DNA of 64,000 nucleotides. It comes from Rhizophagus irregularis. Taxonomy: Eukaryota. Both the position numbers and the translations under genes were made by a program. Below, piece by piece: positions 26,280 through 39,929 of the stretch (its first letter is position 1; the number at the start of each line of letters is the position of its first letter). Under the pieces are notes generated by a model. That model searched no databases. It was given only the letters and a program-made list of their open reading frames with translations, and was not told where the DNA came from. The stretch is from positions 2,356,001-2,420,000 of the forward strand of contig NC_089429.1 in NCBI RefSeq assembly GCF_026210795.1, written 5' to 3'.

Positions 26280-27360
26280 TTATTCGGTTGGTTTATCATT
26301 TTTAGGTTCAGGTTCATCAACTTTAGGTTTATCACCTTCAGATTTTTCTTCAAGTTCAGGAATAACACTTTTACCACCATAAATAGTAGGTAAATTTTCC
26401 TCAGGAATTAAATTTAACATAGAATCTTTGACGCCACCAGCGGAAGTTACGATAAATTTCTTTTTTGTTTGTTCAGACAAGAACATTGAAACAAATTTAA
26501 ACATCATATCTCCCCACCAAGGTACATTAACAAAAAATTTCGCCGCCTATAAAATATATAAGTAACGTTAAAAAGAAAAAAGAGAAGAGAAAAAAAAACC
26601 ATAATAATAATAATGATGAATAAATAAATGAATTTACCAAAAATTCAGGATAATTTTCTTGTAAAACTTGAGTAACATTTTTACTTGCATTTTTAACAGT
26701 ACTATCATAATTTGCATAAGCGACTAAATTATAATCATGTACTTGAATCATTTGATCAACATTAACAAAATCCAATAATTGAATTCCTTTTTCCATTAAT
26801 TGTACGCGCCATCTAATGAATCGTTCCAATTCTCCAAAAACTTGATTATTATCAAGACCTCCATAAAGGTTATAAGTAACTGGACGATTTTCTTTATCAT
26901 GTTTATGAAAGAATCCTACTTTTCCAAATATTGAGGCAGGAAAAGTTTCGGAAAGTATTTCACCAGTTTTAAATTCAATCCTCCATTTAATTGATTTTAT
27001 CAACATTTCTTTTGCTTGATCTATTTCAAAATTTCTAATAAAATAATATTAAAAAAAAAAATATTTGTAGTGAAAATTAGAACAGCTTTTTTTAACTTGT
27101 ATATATATAATTATAATTTACCTGGCTTTTAAAAATTTAATAAGAATAACTTCTAATCTTCTATCATTGGAATCTTTATTCAATTCAACACCCCATAGAG
27201 TATAATTTTGTACATCAGCTCCTTTTAAAATATCGGGAAGATGAGTTTTAAGTTCTTCCACCTTTTTCTTCTCTTCTTCAGTAAATTTATCAAAAAGTGG
27301 ATTACTAGTAGTAGTACTAGTAGTAGTAGTAGTAGTAGTTGAAGTTTGTGCTTCGGCCAT
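26280..27360 (-). CDS. SFH5: CRAL-TRIO/Sec14-like phosphatidylinositol transfer protein (Sfh5-like), 3 exons
   Basis: Motifs TLWGVEL, ILIKFLKAR, PVTYNLYG, FIRWRVQLMEKGI, MIQVHDY, LQENYPEFL..KFFVNVPW and NLPTIYGG. Confidence 0.85.
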
Positions 27361-29595
27361 AATTTATATTTTAGATGATTTAATTTTTCTGTATAAATAA
27401 TATAAAAATTAATAAATATAATTAAATCATTCACAATTTTACGATTATCTATCAATTTACCTTTTTTTTAAAAAATAAAATAAAATGGACTTTTTTTTAA
27501 AAAGATGGATAAGCAGTTTAAATAAACATCTGTAATTACTAATTGGTATTACACTAAAAGCTAGTTTATTACTATTGTGGGATAGATACAAAAGGGATCA
27601 GGAGATCAAAAAATCTTTCATGCATAAAAATGCATGCTACAACAAATTACTTTTACAATTATCGCTTTATATATTTGATACCTTTTCTAAATTACGGAAA
27701 GCTCTTTTACATATAATAAAGATCCTTTTTAATAATCTGATATAAGTTTATGAAAAAAGCAAAATTATTAATTTTAGTATTATTCTGGACTAGTTCATTT
27801 AAAACAAATAATTTTTTAACCAATAATTAAAAGGTATTTATTATAAATGTAACGAGATCATTAGAACAAATCCATTTTTTTTTCGATTTCTTTGATATAT
27901 CATATTTTACTACATTGTTAACCTGTATAATCATGCGAATAATTATTATATTTCTTAAAAAAATTTTTTTTAACTGCGTCTTATATATCCACTTTTTACA
28001 TTGTTAGATGATTGTGAAGATTATATATAATAGAATAAATAAATTTTAGAACATAAAAAAAAATTATTATCTTTATTTTTTTGTTTAGTTTCCTCTAATG
28101 TTTTTTTGGTAAAATCTTTCATATATTTATATTAAGTAATGATTTGATGATGAAAAAATTATTTTTTCAGGACCTGAATTGTATATAATTAAATTTAATT
28201 ATTTTTTTTTTAAAAAAAAAAAACTGTTATTTTGAATAAATTTGCAAACTTTTTTTAGATGTAAAAAATTGTAATATTAATATATAAATAAATTGGGTAT
28301 TTCATTAAAAAGTGATTATTTTAAATTGGATCTTTTAATTTTCAGGACAAATTGAATTTTTTTTTAAATCTTTTAAAGATTCTTTAATTTTTTATACATT
28401 TTATCAATTAATATTGAATCTTTTAAATTAATTTTAGATGATTTAATTAATTTTAAATTTAATTATTATTTTAAATTAATTTTATTAACTATTAGTAAAG
28501 ATTGTTTAATTTTAATTTAGCTTTTAAGAAAGCTGATCACATGTTTGGTAAGTATACAGATCACGTGATATGTAAAATCAAATTTTATTACCTCATTTTT
28601 CGCACATAAATTGTGACATAATGGAGTAACTTTTGTACCACATTGCAATCAACGTGTCCTATTAAAGGGAGGTAGCGTAAATAATACGATTTTTCAATTA
28701 ATAAAATAATAATAATGCACAAAAAAAATTTTTAAACTTTTGGAAATTGAAAAGTTGATCAAATTAATAATAATAATAATTCTATTATTGACACGTATAT
28801 TTTTATTGAATGAAAATAATATTTACATTTAAACAAAAAATATATAAATATTTACATCTAAAAATAGGTAATATTAAATGAATAATTGTAAAATTTCTCA
28901 TAACGCGTATTCTAAACGAACCATTCCTCACTACGGATCCTTCTAACATCTCTATAATTAGAACTCATCTCATTCTAAATATCTTGTTGAAAATCTACTC
29001 GATGTGTTGCTTTAAGAACTAAGGAAATCTTTTATTTTGATTTTGAAAACGAGAAATTTGTAAAATTACTTAAGAATTTTTCCTATAACTGACTGATAAA
29101 TTCATGTTGATCAATTATGTTCCATATCGAAATTCATTCAATACTTCGATATAGTAGGAAGATATTAATGTTTCAAGGACGCGTGATTGATAACTTCTGG
29201 TATACATTATTGTAATAAAGTGTTTCCTCCCTTATAAATAAGCTCACTTTCGGTAAATAGAAAGATGACCGCGAATTTTCAGATTTTTTGCAGATCGATG
29301 ATCAAGTTTCATATCTTGATCAATAGATGTGGTTATTTCTTAAAGTAATTTTGTTCGTTAAAATGAAATTCCATTCTTATAAAAAAATCATGGATTCATC
29401 CTAAACTTCGATCGCTTTAATCGAATAATTTTTTGAAAATAAAAATTTATAAAATTAGAAACGACACAGGAAATATAATATAAAAATTATGATTATATGC
29501 ACTTACTTTATTTAAAAGACATCATCCCCTAAACAAGTTGAGCATCCAACAATTACAACAATATTGACTCACCGATTTGAATATAATATTAAAAG

Positions 29596-31150
29596 TTATT
29601 TTAATTTCGGTATTCTTGTCAAGAATGTCATATGAAAATAATTTGATATAACTTTCATGATTTTGTGCGGATTACGCCCAGTTTGTATATTTGAAAGTAC
29701 CAATTCAAATAATGGGCTCATTAACTGTTCTAAATATCTCGTCGTTGCTTCTTCTCCATCAGACAAGTAATATGCTCCAATGTAAGCTTCAAAGGCATCA
29801 GCTATTTTCTTATTGATAACATGACCTTGCATATGATTTTTTTTATCAAGACCAAGTGTCAAAGAATAAGCAGCGAGCAATTTGTTTGAAACCAAAAAAG
29901 TGGTTACAACTTTAATATCTGAGGGAGTGTAAAATCGGAGATATTTAGCAGTCGCGAATCTCAAAACACAAAACATGAGGACCTTATCACCAAGATATTC
30001 AAGCCTTTCCCATTCACTTCTATAATGTAAAAATCCCGTTGCCCAAGCACGTAAAACATGATTGGTAATATAAGGAAATGGGAGAAGATCCTTTCTCCAT
30101 ACTGAAGGATCATCAACTGTTTAATTAAAATAATAATAATAATAATTTAAAACAATTAATAAATTTCGTTAAAATAAAAAAAAAAATGAATGGAAGCTTA
30201 CAAATTTCATCATCTTCAGCAATTTTTCTTCGAGAAGATTTCTGTTCTACTTCACCTATTTTTGTTGGTTTAATTTTACGTCGCCTTTTTCTAGATATGC
30301 TTCCATCATCAGGCACAATCGGAATAAAAATCTCATCATCAGTGTCTTCAGTAGTTTCTCCTTTGGCCTTTCTTGCCTTCTCAAATTCATCTTTTCCTAT
30401 TTCAATACAATCAATATCATCTAAAGACATCATTTTCTTTAATTCTTGAATCTCTTCTTCATCGGAATCAATCTCAATAATGGTTGCATCATCGTCTTCA
30501 TCGTCACTGTCCAACACAATAATAGGTAATTCCCAATTGTCACCAATTTTAATTCCACTCGAAGGATTTTCAATTCGTGACACTTCAGATAATTGAGTGG
30601 ATTTTCCCTTTTCATTAATAGAAGAACCGGTTAAATTATTATCTTGATGAAAATTTATTGGTAACTCATTTTTAATCAAAGTAACCTGGGGATTCGCAGA
30701 AATACCGTTAACGGTTGAAGACTCATCTCTCAACATATTTAATGGAACGTTATTAATACTACTCACTGATATTTCTTTACTTGATGCGTTATTCAAAGAA
30801 ACATTCAGTGGTGTCTCTAAATTATGAGACGTATTAATAATGTCCATATTATTATTATTTTGAAGAGTCTTCGGTATTTCTTTATTGGAAGAATCTTTGA
30901 AAATTTCAGACAAAGTTTCGATTGTATTATGAAATTCAGTCATCAAACCTTTCTCCGAATTCATCATTTTGTTGATATCATCCGAAGACATTCCATATAA
31001 AGTTCCCAACATTGTTGTGAAAGTACGAGTTAAATGAGACAAATTCTCTTTACAAACATTAGAATTAGAATTAGACTTTTGAGCATTAGATTCTGTTCCT
31101 GCGTCATCATCAATTATTATTATTTGTTCTGGTTTTCGAACGGTTGACAT
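29596..31150 (-). CDS. Single RNase III-domain protein with a long acidic, low-complexity N-terminus (~489 aa, 2 coding exons)
   Basis: Exons 31150-30202 and 30116-29596 join in frame. RNase III signature WERLEYLGD, plus LVSNKLLA and KKIADAFEAYIGAYYL. Confidence 0.88.
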
Positions 31151-31751
31151 GGTAATTTTTGCTAATATTTCTATAGAGAATATTAAATAATTAAAATAAA
31201 TTATTATTGAAGTATTATTATTTATTATTATTTCTATTTTTTTTTAAAAAAAAAGAAACTCACTTAGTTATACGATCTTACGACGACTTCTTTTAAAAAA
31301 AGAAAAAATAATAAAAATAATAATAATAATAATAACAACGACAATAATAATAATAAATTTAATAAATTTAATAAGATCAAATAAAATATAAAGGAAAAAA
31401 AAATACCAAAATTTTTTTTAAAAAAATTTTTTTCCTCACTTAATATATAATATTTGGCTTTTTTTTTAAAAAGAATATTTTTTAAAAAAAATATGTATTA
31501 TGTTTATATACACACATATATACATATACCATATACAATATTATATATATGAAAAAATGAAAAAAAAAATTTTTTTCTTATAGCTACGAGAAATATAAAT
31601 GAAAAAAAAAATCAAAAGGAATATCTTTAAATAAACCTTCGGAAACTCACAGTCTTTTGAAACGCGAAAACAAAAAGTAAAGTACGAAATAATATATCTA
31701 ACTATTTCTCATGCGGAAAAAGTAAACCCTTTTATCACAATTGATTATGTG

Positions 31752-32623
31752 TCACATATGACGTAAAAATATTCCTTTATTGTTCATTATAAGAAAAATA
31801 TTTCCTAAATAAGACAGACATATTTCATTTTCAATAAAAATATATTTTTGATCATGAATGACACCAACTGTGCCAACTGCGCCAACTGCGCCATCGCCTA
31901 AAGCCTCAAAATCACCAGGTAGATACGTATTTGTAAAATGGTCGTTACACTTTCTATTATATTCACCATTAACGTTAATTTGAAGAAATATTTTTTTATA
32001 AATTTTTGAGGGTAAAGGTGGATTTTTTAACTCGTCTTCAAGGACATCATGATGTCTCGAGTTACTACATTTATGAACATAATCACTAAGAATTTTATTT
32101 TTACCGTTAACTATCGAACAAAATCCAAAAAAGAATTTAATATATCTTTCATTCAATGAAGACCTTGTTTTTTCAGAAAATCTTTTGAAAAGAGGTTCAT
32201 GTATAAAATTTTGATAATTATTTAAGATTAGTTTTGATGATTCTTTATAAAGACTTTTAAAATTATAAGTATCAGCCAACAAAAATGGTAACATAGGATT
32301 CCTACGATAATTATCTTCAAGAAATTTTTTGCAAGCTATGATCAATGATTCTATCACAAATTTATCCGAGATTCTCAATAATCTTTCAACGTTATTCTAA
32401 GTATTTGGTGCGTATATATGAGGATAAATAAATGAAAGTAAATCGTTAAAGTCTCGAGCATTTTCTTGTTCTATTACAAATATTGGAATTTCTTCTTCGC
32501 AGGCATGATCGATCATATCTTTAAATACGGCGGACGCAAACTTAATATTGTTTTATGTACCTTAAATGAGACATTCTCTACGATTATTAAAATATCTCCA
32601 TCAAGATATGTGTGTGTTGACAT
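31752..32623 (-). pseudogene. BTB/POZ-domain protein pseudogene
   Basis: Starts MSTHTYLDGDILIIVENVSFKVHKTILSL, with a 1-nt frameshift at ~32535 and an in-frame TAG at ~32397 (W in the paralog). It is collinear with the intact gene at 39930. Confidence 0.85.
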
Positions 32624-32941
32624 TTCTATCTTTCAAAGTTCAAAAGGTAATCAGTCCATCAAGTTTGATCTGAATCCTTTAAATCGTAAATAGGTGAAAA
32701 GTAACATTAGATAATATCATCTTATGGGTTAGAGCATGAGATATTTAACTTTTTTACATTCATGAAAAATAAAGTTCACTTTGAATTTTTATGCTTTATT
32801 GATAGAATATACTCTCATTCCTGTAATTACACTTTTTTCTCTACAAATTTGATATTCCCTAATTATAATGTTTTATATAAAAAAAGTATAGCTCATAAAT
32901 TGAAAATATTGAAAATTGCATACATTATTTTTTTCTAAGTT

Positions 32942-34270
32942 TTATTGACTTACATACATTGTCAAATTTTTCATAAATCCCATATTATATATATTACCAC
33001 CTACATCATGTGGATCTGGACTATTTCCACCACTGTTAGAATCCGCCGGCAAACTCCTGGTATAGTGTTCTATTTTTTTCTCTATGATTCGATCAAGATT
33101 TTCTAGTATATATATTAGGGATTTGTTCTTGAAGTCGCTATTCTTTACATGCGGAAGTATCCATCCATCATATAATTTCTGGTGTTTCCCAGAGATGACG
33201 ATATTATATCCTTGTTTTATTGCAAAATTAATATAAAGTTCGCACAAGTAACAGCATCTCTTAGACACTGCTATAAACACCCTACTTGTAATTTTATTGT
33301 TGATAATTAAGGAGGCCAAAATGTTCATCTCCGCATGTAAGTATATACATTTTTCAACGTCATCATCAAGTTGTGGTTGTTTTGTGGCATTGTCGGTATA
33401 TACTTTACGGATTCTTCCCATTACTTCAGGTTTTTTCAAACACCTATCCATGAAACGTTCATATTTGTCTTCGACTTCTTCATCTTCATCAATAAACCTT
33501 TTGATAATATTTTTCCATGAATATATGGGCTGATTATCTATAATAACAGGCTTTCCTTTTTTCACTTTAATGTTAGAGAATAGTGGTTTATATTGTGGCT
33601 TCTTTGCACAATCTATGATACCTTTAATAGATGCAAAATACGATCCCACTTTCTTAATATGTCCTAAAAATTTTGGGGAGATATTAGAATTATCTTTAAC
33701 TAGCTTATAATACTCGTAACAAACTAGGGATAAGCTGATATAATTTCCCTCATCACCAATCTCTGCTGAAATATAATCTCTTAAAGATTTAACGTGTTCA
33801 TTATCATTATTATTCATATCATTATTAAGTTTATTCCATCTAGACTCAAATTTAGTACAGCAGCATGACATCACAGCTATGAAAAAAGTCTTTTCAGTAT
33901 CTGTTAAATTCACAGGAGCATTTTTTTATATAACTTTCAGATATTTTGTAATATCTTCAATATACTTCTCATCTTCGCTGAGCCAATTAAAGTTCTTAAA
34001 AAGGTAAATTTCACTGCTATCTTTTAAAATTCTCAACCACACTGCAACTACTTCTTTGTCCCTTGCAAGTATTGTTGCTAAATAACAGGAAAATCTATCA
34101 TGAATATTCAAGTCAGCAACTTTTTCATTTGCTTTATCTACAACAAAGTTGATACAATGGGCAACACATTCTTTACCATACAACTCCTTCTCATGATCTT
34201 TTTCTTCTTCATACTTTTTCTCACACTCTTTCTTATACTTATTTAGCTCATTTAATTTTTTTGGAGACAT
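32942..34270 (-). pseudogene. OTT_1508-like nucleic-acid deaminase with one premature stop
   Basis: Zn-deaminase motif LHAEMNIL...IAVSKRCCYLCELYI. The two ORFs are in the same frame, separated only by TAA at 33926-33928 (KYLKVI*KNAPVNL). Probable start MSPKKL at 34270. Confidence 0.8.
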
Positions 34271-34278
34271 TTGAACTG

Positions 34279-35340
34279 AAGATATTAATGGAGTAACATA
34301 CTCTAGAGTTATATTGGAGTTTAAGCCACAAGCCAAATACTCTACTCTAATGTAGATCACTCTAATTACTCCATATTACTCCATTGTAATACTCTATAAA
34401 GTAATTCTAGAGTGAGTAATACTCTGGAGAAGATGATCATTGATATGTGTACTTTAATTGTTTTAAATATTCAAATTAATATATTTTACTAATTGTTATT
34501 TGTTATTAAAAAAAAATCAAAATAATCTTAATTTATATTGAAAATGAAAATAATTCTAATACAAATCCATTACTATTTCTGCTAATAGTCAGACCATTAG
34601 TCAAACTGATGATAACCAAATATTAAATAGTAGTAATAATAATAATACTCAAAAATAAATTAAAAGATGTACTCATGTACATCTATAGTTTGTGAATTTT
34701 TTTATAAGAAAATAAATGATTATGAGAAAGTTATTGCAATAGTATGTAGTTTATGTAAAAGTAAATAAAAGCCAGGCAATATAACTGAAACACTTGCAGC
34801 TTATCTATATACTTCTTCATTAATTAATTACATCGTATTTCAGAAATAGACTAATTCACTATTTATTATAAAATTATTACATTACATCTGTTAAAATAAA
34901 TTTAATTAGTATTTTATTTTGATAAAAAGTATACTCATCTAAATAATAAATATAAAAACAATATCTTATTAAAGAGTTTAAAGTTTATTACAACACACTA
35001 AAAAAGATTATAAATATGTAGAAGAGTTAAATAAAAAAATTATATATATATTTTTTACATTTTTACATAGAAAAATACTAGAACAATTAGTTTCAGCATT
35101 TTTTTTCCACATTTTGTATGGAAAATGCTGGAACATCAGTTTCAGCTTTTTTTTCACATTTTATAAAATAATGTTAGAATCATTAGTTTCAGCATTTTTT
35201 TTCATATTTTTACATAAAAAATATATTGAAACTGTTTTTTTTTTGCATTTTTACATAGAAAAATGCTGGAACTATTAATTTTGGAAATTTAATATAAAAA
35301 AATGCCAAAACTATCAGTTTTAACTTTTTTTGCAATTTCT
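34279..35340 (+). mobile_element. Decayed non-autonomous hAT-like element with a BED-finger relic
   Basis: GGAGT/ACTCC subterminal repeats at 34290-34430, a BED-like remnant (IAIVCSLCKSK...TLAAYL) at ~34660-34820, and hairpin repeats at 35060-35330 resembling those in the 10814 MITE. Confidence 0.5.
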
Positions 35341-35693
35341 AGCAATTTAATATTAATACTAGTAGATTTATTTAATACATTTACACATTATCAGTCATAA
35401 ATTAAATACTTATCAGTTACTTATTGGTCATCTATTATATATATATATGCTGGTAATATCTTAATGATAATTTTATACTCATCTTTATTTATTATTTATA
35501 ATTCAATCTTACTAGTATTATATTTAAACTGATAGATGCCATATTATTAAAATCTAGAATTGGTAATAACTTGATTAAAGTAATGTTTACCTTAGTATTT
35601 TTTTTTTAATTGATAAAATAATATTTTTTATAATTTATACAATATTTTCTTTTTTTTTTACATAACAAAATAAAAAATACATATAGTATACTA

Positions 35694-35933
35694 TCAATCG
35701 CATCCTATAAATTTTCCTTTGACCATAATAATTTGTTCATTTTCAAAATCTTTAATTTTAGGTTTAATATTTTGATCGGATAAAATAAAGGCTTTGATTT
35801 TTAGATAAATAATTTTAGTTAAATCATTATCTTTAATTCTCATAATACCAGTAATTTCTTCTATAGTAAAGTCTTGTATTAAATATTCAGCAATATTATG
35901 TATATAACAAATCATATTGAATTTTGCAGACAT
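35694..35933 (-). pseudogene. Decayed exon of a repeat-associated hypothetical protein
   Basis: Coding-like MSAKFNMICYIH...IIYLKIKAFI...IIMVKGKF within an extremely AT-rich region; no intact continuation was found. Confidence 0.35.
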
Positions 35934-38430
35934 TTTCTTTTTTTTTTTGCAAATTTGCAAATTTGTAAAATCACAAATTTATTTTATTTTATTTTTTAAG
36001 GTTTATTTAAATTAAATATTTTTTTTCTCAATTCAAAATAATTTTTATTTATTTCATTCATAATGAATTTTTTTTTTCTCAATTTAAAATAAATTGTTTT
36101 TAATTATTTTATATTAATTTTTTTTTCATTTTTTTAAATCTAAAATAATTTTTTTTTACAAAATATTTACAATATCTATTAATTATTATTTTGTTAATAT
36201 ATATAAATTATAATATATATAACACTAATTAATTAATATGAATATAAATAAAATAAATAATAACAAATAAGTCTATTAAATTATTTATATCTTATCTAAG
36301 AAAAATGTTATTAATTATTAATTATTTAATAATTTTTTTTTACATAATATTATATAATAATATATTATTTTTACAAATAAACAATAATTTATGAATACAT
36401 TTTTATAAGTAAAAATAAGGTAATCGTTTCAAATGATGTAATTTCAAATTTTTTTTTGGAAAAATTATTTATCTTAAATTATAAGGGCTAAAATTAATTT
36501 TAAAAATTTTGATCTTGAAATCTAATGATTATAAAAAGATGAAATTATATTTATTTAGATTTCTCTTATTAATGATAATAAAATCTAGTAAATTTAATTG
36601 CCTCTAAAATCTTTGATCGATTAATTGATTATTTTACGATAAGTATGATTGATTAAAATTAATCAATCATATTTAATTGTATTTACTATATTAAATTTTA
36701 AATTTTGTTTAATATATTATAATATCAAAATTTATTATTTATTACATATTATTATTTTATATTATTTAAACAGAAAAAAAAGTAGTTCATTTACAGCTTC
36801 TGGTAAAAAATTTTAATATTAATAGTATCTGCCTACATACTGAAATTAGAATTTTTAAAGATCATTTAAATAGAAATTATCATATAGTTATTGATTGATT
36901 GTATTATTGTATTTTAATTGATTATATATTTGATCAATCATAATTAATTAAATTCTAAATTTTGTGATCGATTAATTGATTGATTAATCAATTATCAATC
37001 ATAATTAAATTTCCTAATATAATTATAACTCTAAATTAATAAATAAAAAGTTATATTAATTTATAAATTTTTAGATTTTATAAGCTATTCTATCACATAA
37101 TATTGTAGAAAATAATTTTATTTCTATTAGATTCTTCTCATTAAAACACATCAAATGGTGGTAATTTTATATTTCTAGGGTTATTCAATAGATAAAAAGA
37201 TATTTCAATTTAAAAAATTCAGCTACTATTTGTTATAATTTGTCAATCATTTACTTTTAAAAAACTATTAATTAAATTGAATTTTTTTTTCCTTAGAAAA
37301 TACTTTAAGGTATTTAAAAGTGTCTTTAATTAAAAAATAAAATTGCAGGCAAATTTGGCTGCAAAATAGTTTAAGAGTTAGATGCAAATTTGGTAAAAAG
37401 GAAAATAGGGCTTTACTCTATAATCTATAATCAAATCAAGTAGGATTAAGATTAAAAATAATCTATGAATTTGTAATTCTAATTATCTATATAATAACAA
37501 AAATTATATTTTACACTGTGATATTCAACACCATAGTCATATGATTTATACATTTTTTTTATTTATTACTCTAATTTTTTATTCCATATTATTAACAATC
37601 TTGTTAAGCTGATGTAATTAATGTAATGATTATATCACTTATTGCTGCAGCTTATACTTCATTTATACTTTTTTAAGTTTTTCAAATTTTTTTATTTTGC
37701 AGAATTTGCAGCATAAAAAAATAATAATAATACTAATTAAACTTTTTTTTGACCATTTTCAAGGGTGTTGAGCAATTTTAATTAGAGCAACTTTTTTAAT
37801 TTAAGACATAGTTTATGCAAAATCGCATACTATAATGTTGAGCACTAGTGGTATGTTTTAGTAAAATTGATAAATAATAATAGAAAAATATAAAATTTTC
37901 AAAGTTTTATTTTTCTAATTTGTCTAGTAAAATTTAATCAAAAAAGAATATACTGGGCAAATATTTTGACGATTATTTAGACACTACTCTATAGCAATTA
38001 TCTTTATTCGTACACTGTATTACATTTTACAAAGTATAAAATCAATATAGAAATCAGTAGCTATTTTCTATACTATGATAATTAATTTGTAATGATAGCC
38101 TTCTTTAATCATTAATAATATATGAATAACATAGCAGATTTTTCAATTTTTGAATAATCATATAATGATTGGCAAATATGATTTTTACTTAAACAACAAT
38201 AAAATTTAAGTAATTTTAAATGATATAATATTAACGTAATTGTTATATAGATATATATTTTATTTGCTGGATATCAAATATATCAGTATATGATAATTGT
38301 ACTAATTTATTTTAATTGTACCATAAAAATTAATAGTAAAGAATAATAAAAAAAATTGATTTTTCAGGTTATGTTTAAATGTATTACAAAGGAATTCAGC
38401 TTTGGAGACAGAATTTGGAAGTTATAAATA

Positions 38431-38602
38431 CAGTCAAACCTTGATATAGCGAATTCTTAATATAGTGAATTTTTCAGATAACTATAATAAATTTCCTCTT
38501 GTTATAACGAATTAACCAATTAAATCTCTTAAAATCTTCACTATAGTCCTATAGCGAAGTTGAGGTCTGGAACCTAAGGTTTGTTATAACAAGGGTTGAC
38601 TG
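38431..38602. mobile_element. pogo/Tigger-type MITE (172 bp)
   Basis: TA|CAGTCAAACCTTGATATAGCGAA ... TTTGTTATAACAAGGGTTGACTG|TA: imperfect 23-bp TIRs resembling those of the 1514-3858 element. Confidence 0.85.
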
Positions 38603-39929
38603 TATTTGAAAACTTCTTATAAAATGAAAATAAGCATAATATGTTTTCTTTTAAATTGTAATAAGCTGAAGAAATAAAGAAATATGAAATCTATTTACAA
38701 CAATGGAAACAGTTATATTTAAAAGTTTGTTTATTACTTAAGTCTTTTAATTTACTATATGTTTATTGAAATTTATGATGAAAGAACCCTTTTAAAGAAG
38801 TTCTTTTCTTTGTATATTTAACAACTTCTTAAAAAACAAATGTTTTGGATTTTATAATAAATTATTTCTCTGTTAGAAACTGAGCTATCTATTATTTTAT
38901 TTTCTTTGAATAGTAAATGACTCTTTTTTATTTCTTTAAATAAAATACAAAATCTTATAAATAACTTATTGGTAAGAAATTTTATGATATAATATTAGTG
39001 ATATGGTATTATTTTCTCAGTATGTATATCATTGGCTAAACAAATAATTTTACATTTTAAAAGATTAAATCACACTCTAATTTTGGAATCAAGATCTTTT
39101 CAATTGATTCACTACATATAGAAATGTTAAGAATAAATGTGTTGAACGCAATTATTCATCAACTAATGATTCAACCAAAGTAATTTTTAATTTGTTGGAT
39201 AGGTCTTGGTCTATTCTTTAAAGTGAATATAAAAACATCTGCCTAGTTTATATGTAAGTTAAATTATTTGCATTTTTTTTTATAAGAATTATGTTTGATT
39301 TTAATTTTACACAGATGATATATATAAAGTTCTTCATTTTACATCCATATTCAGTAAAATTTTGAATACAAGTATATCAAATTGCTATTTATTAATTTGG
39401 AAAGTTTGAGTTATAATTATTATGTAAAATTTTGAATTCGCCAAACATTTATATAAAAAAAATGTATTGATCACGTTAAATCAATAAGTTGTTACATATA
39501 AAAATTGGTATAATTTAAAATTTAATATAGGACATATATATTGACAGAATTTAAGGATATATTAATATGCCGATTTTTTCAATGTTTCATATCAGAATTG
39601 TATATCACGTGATAAAATCGAAAAAATTCGTGTGATAAAATCGAAAGCCTGCTATGCTTATACGAACAATATTAACAACATTTCTCTTTGTTAATATCAT
39701 AATCCTTTACGTTAATTAGTTAATAATTTTTTATTCCGTATTTCTTGTATTTCGATAATCATTTGAAATCGTATAACAATAGCAAATGTTACACATGATC
39801 CTATCATTGTATGACAACCTACAGCCAACATACAGCAAATATTTTTCTCAAAACTTTTTTTCCCCAATTTCTTTTACTTTTATACTTTTAATATTATAAG
39901 ATAAGCTTTCTTTCATTTTAAAAAAAAAC

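Noticed and set aside
33926..34360. N-terminal MIYIRVEYLACG... as the true start of the deaminase
   Set aside because: The first 30 codons derive from the adjacent repeat; the ATG at 34270 is more plausible.
35360..37380. piggyBac-like element with GATCGATTAATTGAT repeats
   Set aside because: The ends are too degenerate to show TTAA TSDs or matching TIRs.
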